Shown: positions 41,577 through 53,019, counted from the stretch's first letter. The stretch: DNA of 64,000 nt from an uncultured Syntrophomonadaceae bacterium (GCA_964636865.1 CAZWVJ010000007.1:4353-68352); one strand, 5' to 3'. The notes: a model not told the origin generated them from the sequence alone. Translations and numbers: made by a program.

Positions 41577-43184
41577 GTGGAGAAACGGGATCAAAATTTA
41601 AAAAAGTTTGGAGAAAAAAGCGATTTTATTATTATTGGTTCGGGCCTTGCAGGCTTGTATGCAGCCCTCTTGCTTTCCCGTTATGGAAACGTGCTGGTAT
41701 TAAGCAAAAAAAGTGTTGTAGAAAGCAATACATGGTATGCCCAGGGTGGTATAGCGGCAGCTTTGAGTGATCCCGATTCTCCGGCGCAGCATTTTGCCGA
41801 TACTATGACTGCAGGAGCAGGTTTTAATGACCCGGAAGCAGTAAATATATTGGTAGAAGAAGGCCCTAAAGGAATAAAAGAACTGCAGGAACTCGGAGTA
41901 GCCTTTGATCGACAAGGGAAGGATCTGGCTTTAGGGCAGGAAGGTGCTCACTCTTTTCGGCGTGTTTTAAGAATTGGAGGAGACGCTACAGGGCGTCATC
42001 TAGTGGATTCTCTATATCGCTTGGCACAACAGAAAGAAAATATTTTTTTTGATGAAAATGCTTTTGTAGTTGATCTAATAGTAGATAAGGGCGAGTGTAA
42101 GGGGATTTGCTGGTACCATAACGGAGAAATATTTTATTTATATAGTAAAGCAGTAATTTTGGCTACAGGAGGGGGAGGATTTCTTTTTTCGCGAACCACT
42201 AATCCGGAAACGGCTACAGCAGACGGGGTGGCATTGGCTTATCATGCCGGGGCGGCGGTAGCTAACCTGGAGTTTGTCCAATTTCATCCCACTGTGTTTT
42301 TTAAAGAAAGCAAGGCATTTTTAATTTCCGAGGCAGTAAGAGGAGAAGGAGGATATCTTGTCAATGAAACCGGAGAAAGGTTTATGTTTAACTATCATCA
42401 AGATGGAGAGTTGGGTCCACGTGATATTGTAGCCAGGGCTATCGTGTGGGAAATGAATAATACCGGGGGAAGCGTTTATCTTGATCTGCGCCATCTTCCA
42501 GGTGATTTTATCAAGAAGCGTTTTCCTACTATCTATGCCAAGTGCCTTGAGTGGGGTGTGGACATAACGATGGAGCTTCTGCCTGTTTGCCCCGCTTCAC
42601 ATTATTTTATCGGAGGAGTAAAAGTTGATCATGATAGTAAAACCACAGTGGAAAGGCTTTTTGCAGTGGGGGAAACTGCTTCTTCCGGTGTCCACGGAGC
42701 CAATCGGCTGGCTAGCAATTCCTTATTAGAAGCCCTGGTGTTTAGCAGGCGTGCTGCTTATTATATTGCTGAAAATCTGGCTTCAAAAGACCTTCCTGCG
42801 CCGGTAAAGGTAGAAACAGTAATTCCTCAATCGAGGGAAAGTGAAAATGCCCTGCAGGCAAAAATTGAACTACGCCGCCTTATGTGGGAAAAAGTAGGGC
42901 TTTTCCGGCAAGAGGATGTTTTGCTGGAAGCTATACAGCAGATAGAAGAGTGGATGGAAAAGTTTGATTATGAAACTAAAATCCCTGAAATTAAGGAGTT
43001 ACAAAATATGCTGCTGGTATCCCGTCTAATTGCGGAAGCTTCATTGCGGCGGCGGGAAAGCAGAGGATGCCATTTTCGGCTTGATTACCCGGAAATTTCA
43101 CCTGAAGCCATGTATTATTTGATATTTCAAAAAAAAGATGGTTTTAAAGGAGTGCAATTACATTGTTCATTTCCCCATGGCTAA
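41577..43184 (+). CDS. nadB: L-aspartate oxidase
   Basis: GSGLAG, AQGGIAAA, QFHPT and HGANRLASNSLLE. Confidence 0.95.
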   Translation: MEKRDQNLKKFGEKSDFIIIGSGLAGLYAALLLSRYGNVLVLSKKSVVESNTWYAQGGIAAALSDPDSPAQHFADTMTAGAGFNDPEAVNILVEEGPKGIKELQELGVAFDRQGKDLALGQEGAHSFRRVLRIGGDATGRHLVDSLYRLAQQKENIFFDENAFVVDLIVDKGECKGICWYHNGEIFYLYSKAVILATGGGGFLFSRTTNPETATADGVALAYHAGAAVANLEFVQFHPTVFFKESKAFLISEAVRGEGGYLVNETGERFMFNYHQDGELGPRDIVARAIVWEMNNTGGSVYLDLRHLPGDFIKKRFPTIYAKCLEWGVDITMELLPVCPASHYFIGGVKVDHDSKTTVERLFAVGETASSGVHGANRLASNSLLEALVFSRRAAYYIAENLASKDLPAPVKVETVIPQSRESENALQAKIELRRLMWEKVGLFRQEDVLLEAIQQIEEWMEKFDYETKIPEIKELQNMLLVSRLIAEASLRRRESRGCHFRLDYPEISPEAMYYLIFQKKDGFKGVQLHCSFPHG

Positions 43185-44002
43185 GAGAAATAGTGGAGTT
43201 TGCATTGAAAGAAGATATCGGGATGGGAGATATTACAAGTGAATCGGTTATATCGCCGAATGAAGAGGGAACTGCTGAAATAATTGTCCGGGAAGAAGGA
43301 GTTATTGCCGGATTAGAAATAGCAAAAGAAGCTTTTAAGGTAGTAGATGATAAGCTTGAATATAAACCTAAAATAAATGATGGGGAGCGAGTAAAAAAAG
43401 GTGATGTAATAGTAAAAATATCAGGGAATATGTCTGCCATTATGCTCGGAGAGAGAACAGCCCTAAATTTTTTACAGCATCTTTCCGGAATTGCTACTTT
43501 AACCTCCCAGTGGGTTTCTTTGATTAAAGAGTATCCTGCCCAACTTGTAGATACGCGGAAAACAACTCCCGGCTTAAGGCAGCTTGAGAAATATGCTGTT
43601 GTGGCAGGAGGAGGGCGAAACCACCGCTTAGGCTTGCATGGTGGTGTTTTAATCAAAGAAAACCATATTAAGGTCGTTGGAGGAATTAAAGAGGCAGTCT
43701 TAAAGGTTAAAAAAGATGCTCCCATAACTTTGCGTATTGAAGTGGAGGTAACCACTCTGGAAGAATTGGAAGAAGCTCTGGAGGCAGGTGCAGATTTGGT
43801 TATGCTGGATAATATGGATGAGCATCTAATGAAAAAGGCAGTGGAATTTAACAGGGGGCGGGCTTATTTGGAAGCTTCAGGAAATATTACCCAGGGTCGA
43901 TTACAAGCAGTGGCTGCCACCGGAGTGGATTATATTTCCAGTGGAGCTTTAACCCATTCTTCTACATCACTTGATTTAAGCATGTTGGTAAAGGATGAGT
44001 AA
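43163..44002 (+). CDS. nadC: Nicotinate-nucleotide diphosphorylase (carboxylating)
   Basis: ERTALN, DTRKTTPG, EVEV and MLDN. Confidence 0.95.
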   Translation: MFISPWLREIVEFALKEDIGMGDITSESVISPNEEGTAEIIVREEGVIAGLEIAKEAFKVVDDKLEYKPKINDGERVKKGDVIVKISGNMSAIMLGERTALNFLQHLSGIATLTSQWVSLIKEYPAQLVDTRKTTPGLRQLEKYAVVAGGGRNHRLGLHGGVLIKENHIKVVGGIKEAVLKVKKDAPITLRIEVEVTTLEELEEALEAGADLVMLDNMDEHLMKKAVEFNRGRAYLEASGNITQGRLQAVAATGVDYISSGALTHSSTSLDLSMLVKDE

Positions 44003-44038
44003 TAAAAAATTATATTTATGTTGAAATGGAGGTAGAAA

Positions 44039-44968
44039 ATGATGACTGCTGAAAAGCATAAATGGGAAATAATTGTGATAGGTGGAGGCCCGGCAGGGCT
44101 TACGGCAGCTATATATGGAGGACGCGCGGGACATTCGGTACTTGTTTTGGAACAGATGAGATTCGGAGGTGAAATAACATCTACCGACTGGGTTGAAAAT
44201 TATCCCGGTTTTCCGGAAGGCATAGGCGGAGTTGCATATGCGGAACTTTTGGAACAACAGGCTCGCAAATTTGGAGCCTTGTTGCAATTTGATATTCTTG
44301 AAAAAGTGGATTTTCAAGATCACACCAAAAAGGTTTGGGCTACTGAAGGAGAATTTGAAGCTTCCCAAATTATTATCGCTACCGGCACTGAACCCCGAAA
44401 ATTGGGAGTGCAGGGAGAGGAAGAATTTCAAGGACGGGGCATTTCTTATTGTGCTACCTGTGATGCTGGATTTTTCCGAGATAAAGAGGTAGCGGTTATC
44501 GGAGGAGGGGATGTAGCGGTAGAAGAGGCTCTTTTCATGACGCGTTTTGCAAGGAAAGTATACTTGATTCATCGCCGTAATCGTTTAAGGGCAGCGCAAA
44601 GTTTGCAAGACAAACTTTTTTCTCAGGAAGGAATAGAAATATTTTGGGATACAGAATTGCAGGAAATAAAGGGAGAGAAAAAGCTGGGAAGCTTAATGCT
44701 GAAACATAAAGAAGAAGGGTTATTTGAATTACCTGTTAGCGGAGCTTTTATGGCTGTGGGGAGAAGACCTCAGACGCAACTTTTTGCCGATCAAATAGAG
44801 CTTGATCAAAACGGTTTTATCGTTACTGATGAAAATATGTGTACTTCTTTGAATGGTGTATTGGCTGCGGGAGATGTACGTCAAAAACTTCTTCGCCAAC
44901 TAGTAACTGCTGCTGCTGATGGTGCCATAGCGGCCCATGTCGCCAGCAGAGAACTCCAAGATTTTTAA
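44039..44968 (+). CDS. trxB: Thioredoxin-disulfide reductase
   Basis: GGGPAG, SYCATCD, GGGDVAVEEA and HRR. Confidence 0.93.
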   Translation: MMTAEKHKWEIIVIGGGPAGLTAAIYGGRAGHSVLVLEQMRFGGEITSTDWVENYPGFPEGIGGVAYAELLEQQARKFGALLQFDILEKVDFQDHTKKVWATEGEFEASQIIIATGTEPRKLGVQGEEEFQGRGISYCATCDAGFFRDKEVAVIGGGDVAVEEALFMTRFARKVYLIHRRNRLRAAQSLQDKLFSQEGIEIFWDTELQEIKGEKKLGSLMLKHKEEGLFELPVSGAFMAVGRRPQTQLFADQIELDQNGFIVTDENMCTSLNGVLAAGDVRQKLLRQLVTAAADGAIAAHVASRELQDF

Positions 44969-45109
44969 CTCTTCTTATCCTCCATTTTAATATAAGTTAT
45001 TTTCATTTAAATAATTATCTTTTTTAAGGAAGGCGCTTCAGCAAATACCCCAAAAGAACATACAAATATTGAAGGTATCGGAAGCATTCAAGTTATAATT
45101 TAAGTATAT

Positions 45110-45199
45110 AGTCAAATATGGCTAATGTTGTTCATAAACAATATTTGCGTGAAAAATATAAGGAAAGTAAAATGTAGTTGAAGGTCAGGAAAGGTCAAA
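45110..45199 (+). promoter_or_regulatory. CtsR-binding heptad repeats
   Basis: GGTCAGG-AAA-GGTCAAA (45183-45199) and AGTCAAA-TAT-GGCTAAT (45110-45126) versus consensus RGTCAAA-NAN-RGTCAAA. Confidence 0.7.
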
Positions 45200-45233
45200 C
45201 TATGGTAGGGTTCAGTTAAAGGGGAAAGAAGAT

Positions 45234-45695
45234 ATGTCACTGGCAGATTACATAGAAGAATACATTAAAATGCTTCTTTCTCTCAGTCCCCGCCAGTGGA
45301 TTGATATTCAAAGAAGTGAGTTGGCGGGAAAATTTAATTGTGTTCCTTCGCAAATAAATTATGTGTTGGCAACCAGATTTACTCCGGAAAGAGGGTACCT
45401 GGTTGAAAGCAGGCGAGGGGGAAATGGGTATATACGCATATTGAGGGTTAAGCCTCTTTCGAAAAAAACTTGGAAAAGTTTTTTAAATGAAGAAACGCTT
45501 GATGCCCATAAAGCCAGGGATTTTTTACAGCGCCTTTATGAAGAAAAATTAATATCTAGAAGAGAAGCTTTTATTATTGAAACAACTTTGAATGAAGATA
45601 TTTATAAAACTATGGGTTTGAGTGAAGAACAAAAAAGCTTAATAATGAAACGCTTATTATATAATATGATTATAGCTATTTTAAAAGAGAGTTAA
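45234..45695 (+). CDS. ctsR: Class III heat-shock repressor CtsR
   Basis: FNCVPSQINYVL.TRFT and ESRRGGNGYIRI. Confidence 0.95.
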   Translation: MSLADYIEEYIKMLLSLSPRQWIDIQRSELAGKFNCVPSQINYVLATRFTPERGYLVESRRGGNGYIRILRVKPLSKKTWKSFLNEETLDAHKARDFLQRLYEEKLISRREAFIIETTLNEDIYKTMGLSEEQKSLIMKRLLYNMIIAILKES

Positions 45696-45759
45696 CTAAA
45701 CTGTTTATTAATTCTCAATAAGTGATGTGAAAGGTCGTATTTGGAAAGGAAGTGAAATC

Positions 45760-46308
45760 ATGTTTTGCCAGGAGTGCAATCAACGAGAAGCGGTTGTATA
45801 TTTAACCAAGATAGTAAACGGCGTAAAAACTGAGATGCATCTTTGCGAAGTTTGCGCCAACGAAAAAGGAGATCCGGATTTTTCTTTTGAACCAAAATCT
45901 TCTTTGCAAAATTTTTTGGCCAGCTTTTTAAATGAGTCAGGATTTGCTCCTGCTGAAAAAAAGTCTACATCATCGGCCAAGTTGCAGTGTTCCAGCTGCG
46001 GTCTCACTTTTGCCCAATTCCGCCAAATCAGCAGATTTGGCTGTAGTGATTGTTATCAATCTTTTGGAGATGAAAACCTGCAACCTCTTTTCCGTCGTAT
46101 GCATGGTAGTATTAGTCATGCGGGCAAAGTACCTCGTCACCTCGGAGGAACTACTAAGATAAAGCGAGAGATAAGCGAACTAAGAGAGAAATTGCAGGAG
46201 TTAATTCAACAAGAAGAATATGAAAAAGCCGCAGAAATAAGGGATAAAATAAGAGGGTTAGAGCAAGAATTGGAAGAAAAAGGGGAGGAGGTAAATGGTG
46301 AAGAATAA
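45760..46308 (+). CDS. mcsA: McsA, activator of protein arginine kinase
   Basis: Four CxxC motifs and C-terminal UVR domain EEYEKAAEIRD. Confidence 0.93.
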   Translation: MFCQECNQREAVVYLTKIVNGVKTEMHLCEVCANEKGDPDFSFEPKSSLQNFLASFLNESGFAPAEKKSTSSAKLQCSSCGLTFAQFRQISRFGCSDCYQSFGDENLQPLFRRMHGSISHAGKVPRHLGGTTKIKREISELREKLQELIQQEEYEKAAEIRDKIRGLEQELEEKGEEVNGEE

Positions 46309-47353
46309 TATAGGCAGTTTCTTGAGCCATTGGATGGATGGCATAGGTCCTTACCCTGAAGTTGTAATAAGCTCCCGGATTAGACTGGCTAGAAATATTA
46401 AGGGAGTGCCGTTTCCTTATTTGGCTTCTGATTCTCAAAAGCAAAAGGTGCAGCAAACGGTATCCGAAGTGCTAGGAACCTGTGGTGAAAGCAATGGACT
46501 GACTTTGATCAAAATGGAAGATCTTGAGCCTGTGGTAAAACAGGTGATGATGGAAAAGCACCTGATTAGTCCTCTTTTAACTCAGAATGACCATAAATGT
46601 GCTGTTTGCTTGAGCAAAGAGGAAGAAACCAGTATCATGATTAATGAAGAAGACCATTTGCGGATACAGAGTTTTTTGCCGGGCTTACAACTGGAGAAAG
46701 CATGGGAAGAGGCAGATAATTACGATAATATTTTTGAAGGCAGTTTGGAATATTCTTTCCATGAGCGTTATGGCTATCTTACCTCATGCCCAACAAATGT
46801 AGGGACAGGTTTAAGAGCTTCCGTAATGCTTCATCTGCCGGCATTGATTATTACCAAGCAATTTAACCAGGTATTGTCTGCGCTTTCTCAGGTAGGTCTG
46901 GCTGTAAGGGGGCTTTATGGAGAAGGTGCGGAGATAGTAGGAAATTTGGTCCAAATATCTAACCAGATTACTTTAGGTCAGTCGGAAGAAGAAATAATTC
47001 GAAATCTTTATAATGTCACCAGGCAGGTTATAGAACAGGAAAATACTGCTCGGCAGTTCCTTTTAAATAAAAACAGGGAAAAAATTGCAGACCGCAGCTG
47101 CCGGGCTATGGGAATTTTAAAGTATGCTTATCTCATAAGTTGGCAGGAGGCAATGCAATTAATCTCCGATGTTCGAATGGGTTTTGAAATGGGAATTATT
47201 TCCGGAATAGATCGGCGCATGTTGAATGAATTATTGATTATAATTAGGCCGGCTTGTTTGCAGATGGTAGCCGGTAAAGAATTGGAGACTAGTGAAAGGG
47301 ATATAGAAAGAGCAAAACAGGTGAGGAAAAAACTGAAGAATGTTAAAATGTAA
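46295..47353 (+). CDS. mcsB: Protein arginine kinase McsB
   Basis: SSRIRLARN, NEEDHLR and CPTNVGTGLRAS. Confidence 0.95.
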   Translation: MVKNNIGSFLSHWMDGIGPYPEVVISSRIRLARNIKGVPFPYLASDSQKQKVQQTVSEVLGTCGESNGLTLIKMEDLEPVVKQVMMEKHLISPLLTQNDHKCAVCLSKEEETSIMINEEDHLRIQSFLPGLQLEKAWEEADNYDNIFEGSLEYSFHERYGYLTSCPTNVGTGLRASVMLHLPALIITKQFNQVLSALSQVGLAVRGLYGEGAEIVGNLVQISNQITLGQSEEEIIRNLYNVTRQVIEQENTARQFLLNKNREKIADRSCRAMGILKYAYLISWQEAMQLISDVRMGFEMGIISGIDRRMLNELLIIIRPACLQMVAGKELETSERDIERAKQVRKKLKNVKM

Positions 47354-47463
47354 CCAGATTGGATTCTGGAACATATAAAGAAGAGAAGTTGTGTAAATTT
47401 AAATAATTTAATCAGGATTTCTCAGAGTGAGGTAACAAATTAAAATGTTAGGAGTGAAAAAAT

Positions 47464-49929
47464 ATGTTTATGTTTGGAAGATTTACTGAGCGGGCTCAAC
47501 AAGTATTAGTTTTGGCACAGGATGAAGCACGTCGGTTAAGTCATAACTTTATAGGTACTGAACACTTATTGTTGGGCCTGGTAAAAGAAGGAGCCGGCAT
47601 AGCAGCCCGGGTATTACAAAATGCGGGTGTTGATTTTACTCAGTTGAGGCAGGAGGTAGAAAAAATAATCCCCCAGGGGGAGAAAAACCCTCCTCAATCC
47701 ATCAGTTATACTCCCAGGGCAAAAAGAGTTATAGAATTGGCAATTGAAGAAAGCCAAAATCTAGGCCATAACTATGTAGGAACCGAGCATTTGCTGCTGG
47801 GTTTACTCAGAGAGGGTGAAGGTATAGCTGCTCAGGTTTTAACCAACATGGGAATAGATTTAAAGAGAGCTCGTAAAGAGGTGATTCAATTGCTCGGAGG
47901 AGAGGAATCTTCTAGCAGCAGCGGCAGCCTTCGAGAAAGCAAGAGTGGGCAGCAAACTCCTACCGTGGATACTTTTGGGCGTGATCTGACCAGGTTGGCC
48001 CAGGAAGGCAAACTGGATCCTGTAGTAGGTAGGGAAAAAGAAATTGAAAGAGTTATACAGGTCTTGAGTCGTCGCACCAAAAATAATCCATGCCTAATAG
48101 GCGAGCCCGGAGTAGGCAAAACGGCAATTGCGGAAGGCCTGGCCCAAAAAATAGCAGAGGAAGATATTCCGGAAATTCTAAACGGCAAGAGAGTAGTAAC
48201 TATAGAATTATCTGCCATAGTAGCCGGTACGAAGTACCGGGGCGAATTTGAAGAAAGGCTGCGCAAGCTGCTGCAAGAACTGCGACAGGCTGGCAATATC
48301 ATTATGTTTATTGATGAACTGCATACCATCATTGGCGCCGGTGCGGCTGAAGGAGCTATAGATGCTTCTAATATTTTGAAACCAGCGCTGGCAAGAGGGG
48401 AACTGCAGTGTATCGGGGCTACTACTATCGATGAGTACCGGAAACACGTAGAAAGAGATTCTGCCCTGGAAAGGCGTTTCCAGCCTATCCAGGTTGAGGA
48501 GCCAACTAAAGAAGAAAGTGTAGCCATTCTTAAGGGTTTAAGAGATCGTTATGAAGCTCACCATAAGGTTAAAATTACCGATGAAGCTGTGGAGGCATCG
48601 GTGGCGTTATCAGATCGTTATATAACCGATCGCTACTTGCCGGATAAAGGTATTGACCTTATTGATGAGGCAGCTTCCCGGGTAAGGATTAAGAATTATA
48701 CTACCCCGCCCGATCTTAAAGAAATGCAGGAAAAAGTTGAAAACCTTAAGCATGAAAAGGAAGCGGCAGTTAGAAACCAGGAATTTGAACTTGCAGCTAA
48801 GCTAAGAGATCAAGAACAAAAAATGAAGGAAGAACTGGATGAACTGAAAAAAGAGTGGGAACAGAAAAAGGGAGTATCTGATCAAGTAGTAGTTACAGAA
48901 GAGGATGTATCGTATATTGTATCCAGCTGGACAGGCATTCCTGTGCGAAAGATACTTGAAGAGGAATCAGAACGGTTGTTAAAACTTGAAGAGATTTTAC
49001 ATGAAAGAGTAATTGGCCAAAATGAAGCAGTGACAGCGGTTTCTAAGGCAGTCCGTAGAGCGCGTGCCGGTTTGAAGGATGTTAAAAGGCCTATTGGTTC
49101 TTTTATATTCCTTGGTCCTACCGGCGTAGGTAAGACTGAGCTTGGCCGAGCATTGGCGGAAGCTCTTTTCGGGGATGAAAAAGCTATTGTGAGACTGGAC
49201 ATGTCTGAATTTATGGAAAAGCATACTGTTGCCAGGCTTATAGGGGCACCTCCGGGGTATGTAGGTTATGAGGAAGGAGGTCAATTAACGGAAAAAGTCC
49301 GGCGGAAGCCATATTCGGTAGTACTTTTTGATGAAATTGAAAAAGCTCATCCCGATGTGTTTAACGCGCTGCTACAAATACTTGAGGATGGGCGTTTGAC
49401 AGATGGAAAGGGCCGGACGGTAGACTTTCGAAATGCGGTGATCATTATGACCTCTAATGTCGGTGCCATGTACATTAACAAACAACCCAAAGTAGGCTTT
49501 CGGGCGGATGATGAAAACAAAGATTATGAGCAAATGAAAGACAGGGTGCTGGAGGAATTAAGAAAAACTTTCCGGCCGGAGTTTCTTAACCGACTGGATG
49601 AAATAATTGTATTCCATGCCCTTAACGAAGAACATATCTTCCAGATAGTGGATATTATGCTGGAAGAGCTTAACCAGCGAGTGGCAGAATATAGTATGAA
49701 GTTGGAAATTTCTCAGGAGGCAAAAGATAAGCTGGTGAAAGAAGGTTTTGACCCTCAATTAGGAGCGAGACCTTTGCGGCGGGTCATTCAGAAACGCCTG
49801 GAAGACGGCATTTCCGAGGAAATGCTTCAAGGAAATATTTCTCCCGGCGATAATGTCCTGGTGGATGTAGATGAGGATGAAGGAGATTATGTTTTTAAAA
49901 AGAAAGAAGAGAGCAAAACCAAAAATTAA
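47464..49929 (+). CDS. clpC: ATP-dependent Clp protease ATPase ClpC
   Basis: Clp N repeats, two AAA modules ([16 protein letters not shown]), UVR domain and VGF loop. Confidence 0.97.
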   Translation: MFMFGRFTERAQQVLVLAQDEARRLSHNFIGTEHLLLGLVKEGAGIAARVLQNAGVDFTQLRQEVEKIIPQGEKNPPQSISYTPRAKRVIELAIEESQNLGHNYVGTEHLLLGLLREGEGIAAQVLTNMGIDLKRARKEVIQLLGGEESSSSSGSLRESKSGQQTPTVDTFGRDLTRLAQEGKLDPVVGREKEIERVIQVLSRRTKNNPCLIGEPGVGKTAIAEGLAQKIAEEDIPEILNGKRVVTIELSAIVAGTKYRGEFEERLRKLLQELRQAGNIIMFIDELHTIIGAGAAEGAIDASNILKPALARGELQCIGATTIDEYRKHVERDSALERRFQPIQVEEPTKEESVAILKGLRDRYEAHHKVKITDEAVEASVALSDRYITDRYLPDKGIDLIDEAASRVRIKNYTTPPDLKEMQEKVENLKHEKEAAVRNQEFELAAKLRDQEQKMKEELDELKKEWEQKKGVSDQVVVTEEDVSYIVSSWTGIPVRKILEEESERLLKLEEILHERVIGQNEAVTAVSKAVRRARAGLKDVKRPIGSFIFLGPTGVGKTELGRALAEALFGDEKAIVRLDMSEFMEKHTVARLIGAPPGYVGYEEGGQLTEKVRRKPYSVVLFDEIEKAHPDVFNALLQILEDGRLTDGKGRTVDFRNAVIIMTSNVGAMYINKQPKVGFRADDENKDYEQMKDRVLEELRKTFRPEFLNRLDEIIVFHALNEEHIFQIVDIMLEELNQRVAEYSMKLEISQEAKDKLVKEGFDPQLGARPLRRVIQKRLEDGISEEMLQGNISPGDNVLVDVDEDEGDYVFKKKEESKTKN

Positions 49930-49938
49930 AAAAAAGAA

Positions 49939-49978
49939 AGGGGCTAACTCAAAAGTGATTTGGGTTAGCCCCTCTTTT
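49939..49978 (+). terminator. Intrinsic terminator after clpC
   Basis: AGGGGCTAACTCAAA-loop-TTTGGGTTAGCCCCT-CTTTT. Confidence 0.85.
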
Positions 49979-50120
49979 AATACCGACGGCATCCTATTCT
50001 TTTAATAAATCTTGTTTTTTTCTCATTAAAGAAGATAATAGCTTAAGAATAAAAATATTAGTATTTTTTGTATCGTTTTAAAATAAGGAATTTTGAGAAT
50101 AGAATAACTTTCACAATGGG

Positions 50121-50148
50121 AAAGGATTTATTTTTAACTTCGTCGAAT
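50121..50148 (+). promoter_or_regulatory. sigmaH-type promoter upstream of the acs cluster
   Basis: AAAGGATTT-12 nt-GTCGAAT. Confidence 0.6.
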
Positions 50149-50214
50149 ATGTCGAAGGTGTGGATTAAGTGTGTTTTATAAAAACTAACTTTGATGATTT
50201 GGAGTGACTCGCTT

Positions 50215-50973
50215 GTGAAAATTGCTGTTTCCGGAAAGGGAGGAGTAGGTAAGACTACTCTTTCAGCAGGGTTAATACAAAGTTATGCTGATTCCGGCGA
50301 TGTGGTGTATAGTATTGATGCGGATCCGGACACAAGTTTAGGCATTACTCTGGGCATTAAGGAGGACAAGCTGGATGAATTAGTTCCCCTTATAGATATG
50401 AAAGAAGTTATAGAAGAAAAAAACAAAGGTGGAGGTGTCCTGGTTGATCTAAACCCTGAAATTGAAAATGTGCTCAATGAGTACAGTTTACAAATAGGAA
50501 ATATAAAATTTTTAAAAATGGGAGGGGTAAAACAGGGAGGATCAGCTTGCTATTGCAAGGAAAATTCCTTCCTGCAGTCTTTACTAAATTCTCTTTTACT
50601 GGATAAGGTAGAACCGGTAATAATTGATATGAGCGCCGGTATTGAACATCTGACCAGGGGGACGGCAAGGGGAGTAGATGCTATCCTGGTGGTGACGGAA
50701 CCTACCACAACCAGTGTGAAAACTGCCGGAGTGGTAAAAAAGTTGGCTCATGATCTGGGCATTGATAGGGTTTTTATTGCAGGTAACAAGATACGGACTA
50801 AGGCGGACCGTGATTTCATATCAGATGCATTTTCCGAAGATGAAATAATAGGCATGATCTCGTTTGAAGAAGAATTGTTATCGAATGCTCAAAAAACAGG
50901 CACAGTCAATAAATATTCCAATATTAAAGGGATTAAGGATATTTGGAAAAAGCTTATGGGGGGTGAAAAATAA
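50215..50973 (+). CDS. cooC: CO dehydrogenase nickel-insertion ATPase CooC
   Basis: SGKGGVGKT, IDADPD, CYC and DMSAGIEHLTRG; directly upstream of CODH; GTG at 50215. Confidence 0.92.
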   Translation: MKIAVSGKGGVGKTTLSAGLIQSYADSGDVVYSIDADPDTSLGITLGIKEDKLDELVPLIDMKEVIEEKNKGGGVLVDLNPEIENVLNEYSLQIGNIKFLKMGGVKQGGSACYCKENSFLQSLLNSLLLDKVEPVIIDMSAGIEHLTRGTARGVDAILVVTEPTTTSVKTAGVVKKLAHDLGIDRVFIAGNKIRTKADRDFISDAFSEDEIIGMISFEEELLSNAQKTGTVNKYSNIKGIKDIWKKLMGGEK

Positions 50974-51039
50974 GGAGTTTTTTAATTTAAATTATTTAAG
51001 GTTTATCATTGGGGATAAAAATGAAGGAGGTTAGAAAAC

Positions 51040-53019
51040 ATGTCTGCAGAAGAAAAAGAAAAAAAGAAAAAAGTTGATCCCAGAAGAACCATTGATCCTG
51101 CTGCTTTAGAGGTTTATGACAAAAACGATGGCCAGGTAGAAACGGCGTATGATCGTTATGTTAAGATGCAGCCTCAATGTAATTTTGGGCGTACAGGAGT
51201 TTGCTGCCGTATTTGTCTTCAAGGGCCTTGCCGGATTACCAAAAAAACTTCCAAAGGTGTTTGCGGCGCCCACGGCTACACTATTGTAGCCAGAAATTTG
51301 ATCAGGGCTATATGTGGCGGAACCGGTGCTCATGCCGACCACAGCCGGCATATGATTTATACATTGACGGAGATGTTTGAAGGTAAAGCGGGTGACTACA
51401 AAATTGAAGATTTTGATAAGCTTTACCGGGTTGCGGATCGCCTGGGTATTTCCCGGGAAGGGAAAAGCGACGAAGATTTACTGAAGGAAGTGTATAATTG
51501 CGCGGTTTCCGATTTCACCAAACTGGATGATGAGCCCTGTAAATGGTTGGAAACTACCGTAGTACCGGATCGGTTGAAAAAATTCCAGGAGTGCAGTGTT
51601 TCCCCGCGTAGTGTTCATACCACTATCAGCGAGGTTATGGGCCAGACTCACATGGGGGTAGACTCGGACCCTGTTAACTTGATTTTTCAAGGCTTAAAGT
51701 CCTCCTTGGCGGATTATGTGTGTATGCATATTGCCACCGATATTTCTGACATCTTGTTTGGGACCCCCAAGCCGGTTCAAACCGAAGCTAACATGGGCGT
51801 AATCGATCCAGAAATGGTTAATATTGCTTTACACGGGCATAACCCCTTGCTTAGTGAGATGATTGTGCGCGTGTCTCGGGAAATGACAGATGAAGCAAAG
51901 GAAGCGGGAGCCAAAGGAGTTAAGTGCATGGGTATTTGCTGCACCGGCAATGAAGTGCTTATGCGCCAGGGAGTACCGAAGCTTACTAACTTCCTCTCCC
52001 AAGAATTGCCCATCATGACAGGGGCGTTAGATGCCATGGTTGTAGACGTACAGTGCATAATGCCGAGTGTTCAGGCAGTTTCCGAATGTTTCAATACCCG
52101 GATTATTACTACTATGTCGCATTCCAAGATTCCCGGCGCCTACCACGTAGATTTTGATGAAGAACATGCCATGGAAAAAGCAAAAGAAGTGGTCCGTATA
52201 GCTATTGAAGGTTATAAGGAGCGGGATGAATCTAAAATTGATATTCCTGACTACACCCACAATGTGACTGCCGGCTTCAGTTTTGAGACTATGGAAGAAA
52301 TACTCGGTGCGGTTAGCCCCGATGCCCCTATTAAGGCGGTGACGGATGCGGTTGATTCCGGACAGCTAAGAGGAGTAGTGCTTTTTGCCGGTTGTAATAA
52401 CTTAAGAGTAATGCATGATCAAAGCCATTCCCATTTAATAAAGGAATTGGCTAAAAATAATGTATTGATGGTGGCCACCGGCTGTGCTGCCGGTACTGCA
52501 GCCAAAATGGGCTTGATGAATGCGGATGCGGTAGAAGAGTATGCCGGTGATGGGCTAAAAGCCTTTATTAACCAGCTGAACGAAGCTAATGCCGACAAAC
52601 TGGACGGAAACAAATTGCCTTTGGTTTTCCACATGGGCTCCTGTGTTGACAATACCCGGGCTTACGATTTTACCAATGCTTTGGCAGCTCAGTGGGGCGT
52701 TGATACTCCCAAGGTGCCTTTTGTGGCCTCGGCTCCGGAAGCCATGAGTGAGAAGGCGGTTTCCATCGGAAGCTGGTGTGTAACCCTGGGTATTCCCACT
52801 CATGTTGGTGTTGTTCCTGAAGTAACTGGCAGTGAGTTGGTTAACGGTGTAGCTTTGCAAATTGCTCAGGATGTGTATGGCGGTTACTTTATATGGGAAG
52901 AAGATATCGAGAAATCTGTAGAAAAGATCCTGGCAGCTCTTGATGAGCGGAGCTGGAAACTAAGAGTTCATCAGCAGGCTGCTGAAAAATACGAAACTAC
53001 CCTTTCCAAAACTTGGTAG
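51040..53019 (+). CDS. acsA: Anaerobic Ni,Fe CO dehydrogenase catalytic subunit
   Basis: QPQCNFG..GVCCRICLQGPC (D/B clusters); C-cluster ligand motifs GHNP, CCTGNE, DVQC, GCNN, TGC and GSCVDN; MSEKA. Confidence 0.97.
   Translation: MSAEEKEKKKKVDPRRTIDPAALEVYDKNDGQVETAYDRYVKMQPQCNFGRTGVCCRICLQGPCRITKKTSKGVCGAHGYTIVARNLIRAICGGTGAHADHSRHMIYTLTEMFEGKAGDYKIEDFDKLYRVADRLGISREGKSDEDLLKEVYNCAVSDFTKLDDEPCKWLETTVVPDRLKKFQECSVSPRSVHTTISEVMGQTHMGVDSDPVNLIFQGLKSSLADYVCMHIATDISDILFGTPKPVQTEANMGVIDPEMVNIALHGHNPLLSEMIVRVSREMTDEAKEAGAKGVKCMGICCTGNEVLMRQGVPKLTNFLSQELPIMTGALDAMVVDVQCIMPSVQAVSECFNTRIITTMSHSKIPGAYHVDFDEEHAMEKAKEVVRIAIEGYKERDESKIDIPDYTHNVTAGFSFETMEEILGAVSPDAPIKAVTDAVDSGQLRGVVLFAGCNNLRVMHDQSHSHLIKELAKNNVLMVATGCAAGTAAKMGLMNADAVEEYAGDGLKAFINQLNEANADKLDGNKLPLVFHMGSCVDNTRAYDFTNALAAQWGVDTPKVPFVASAPEAMSEKAVSIGSWCVTLGIPTHVGVVPEVTGSELVNGVALQIAQDVYGGYFIWEEDIEKSVEKILAALDERSWKLRVHQQAAEKYETTLSKTW

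Noticed and set aside
50092-50116. Possible Rex box upstream of the acs cluster
   Set aside because: Only the right half-site TTCACAA matches; the left half is poor at the correct spacing.
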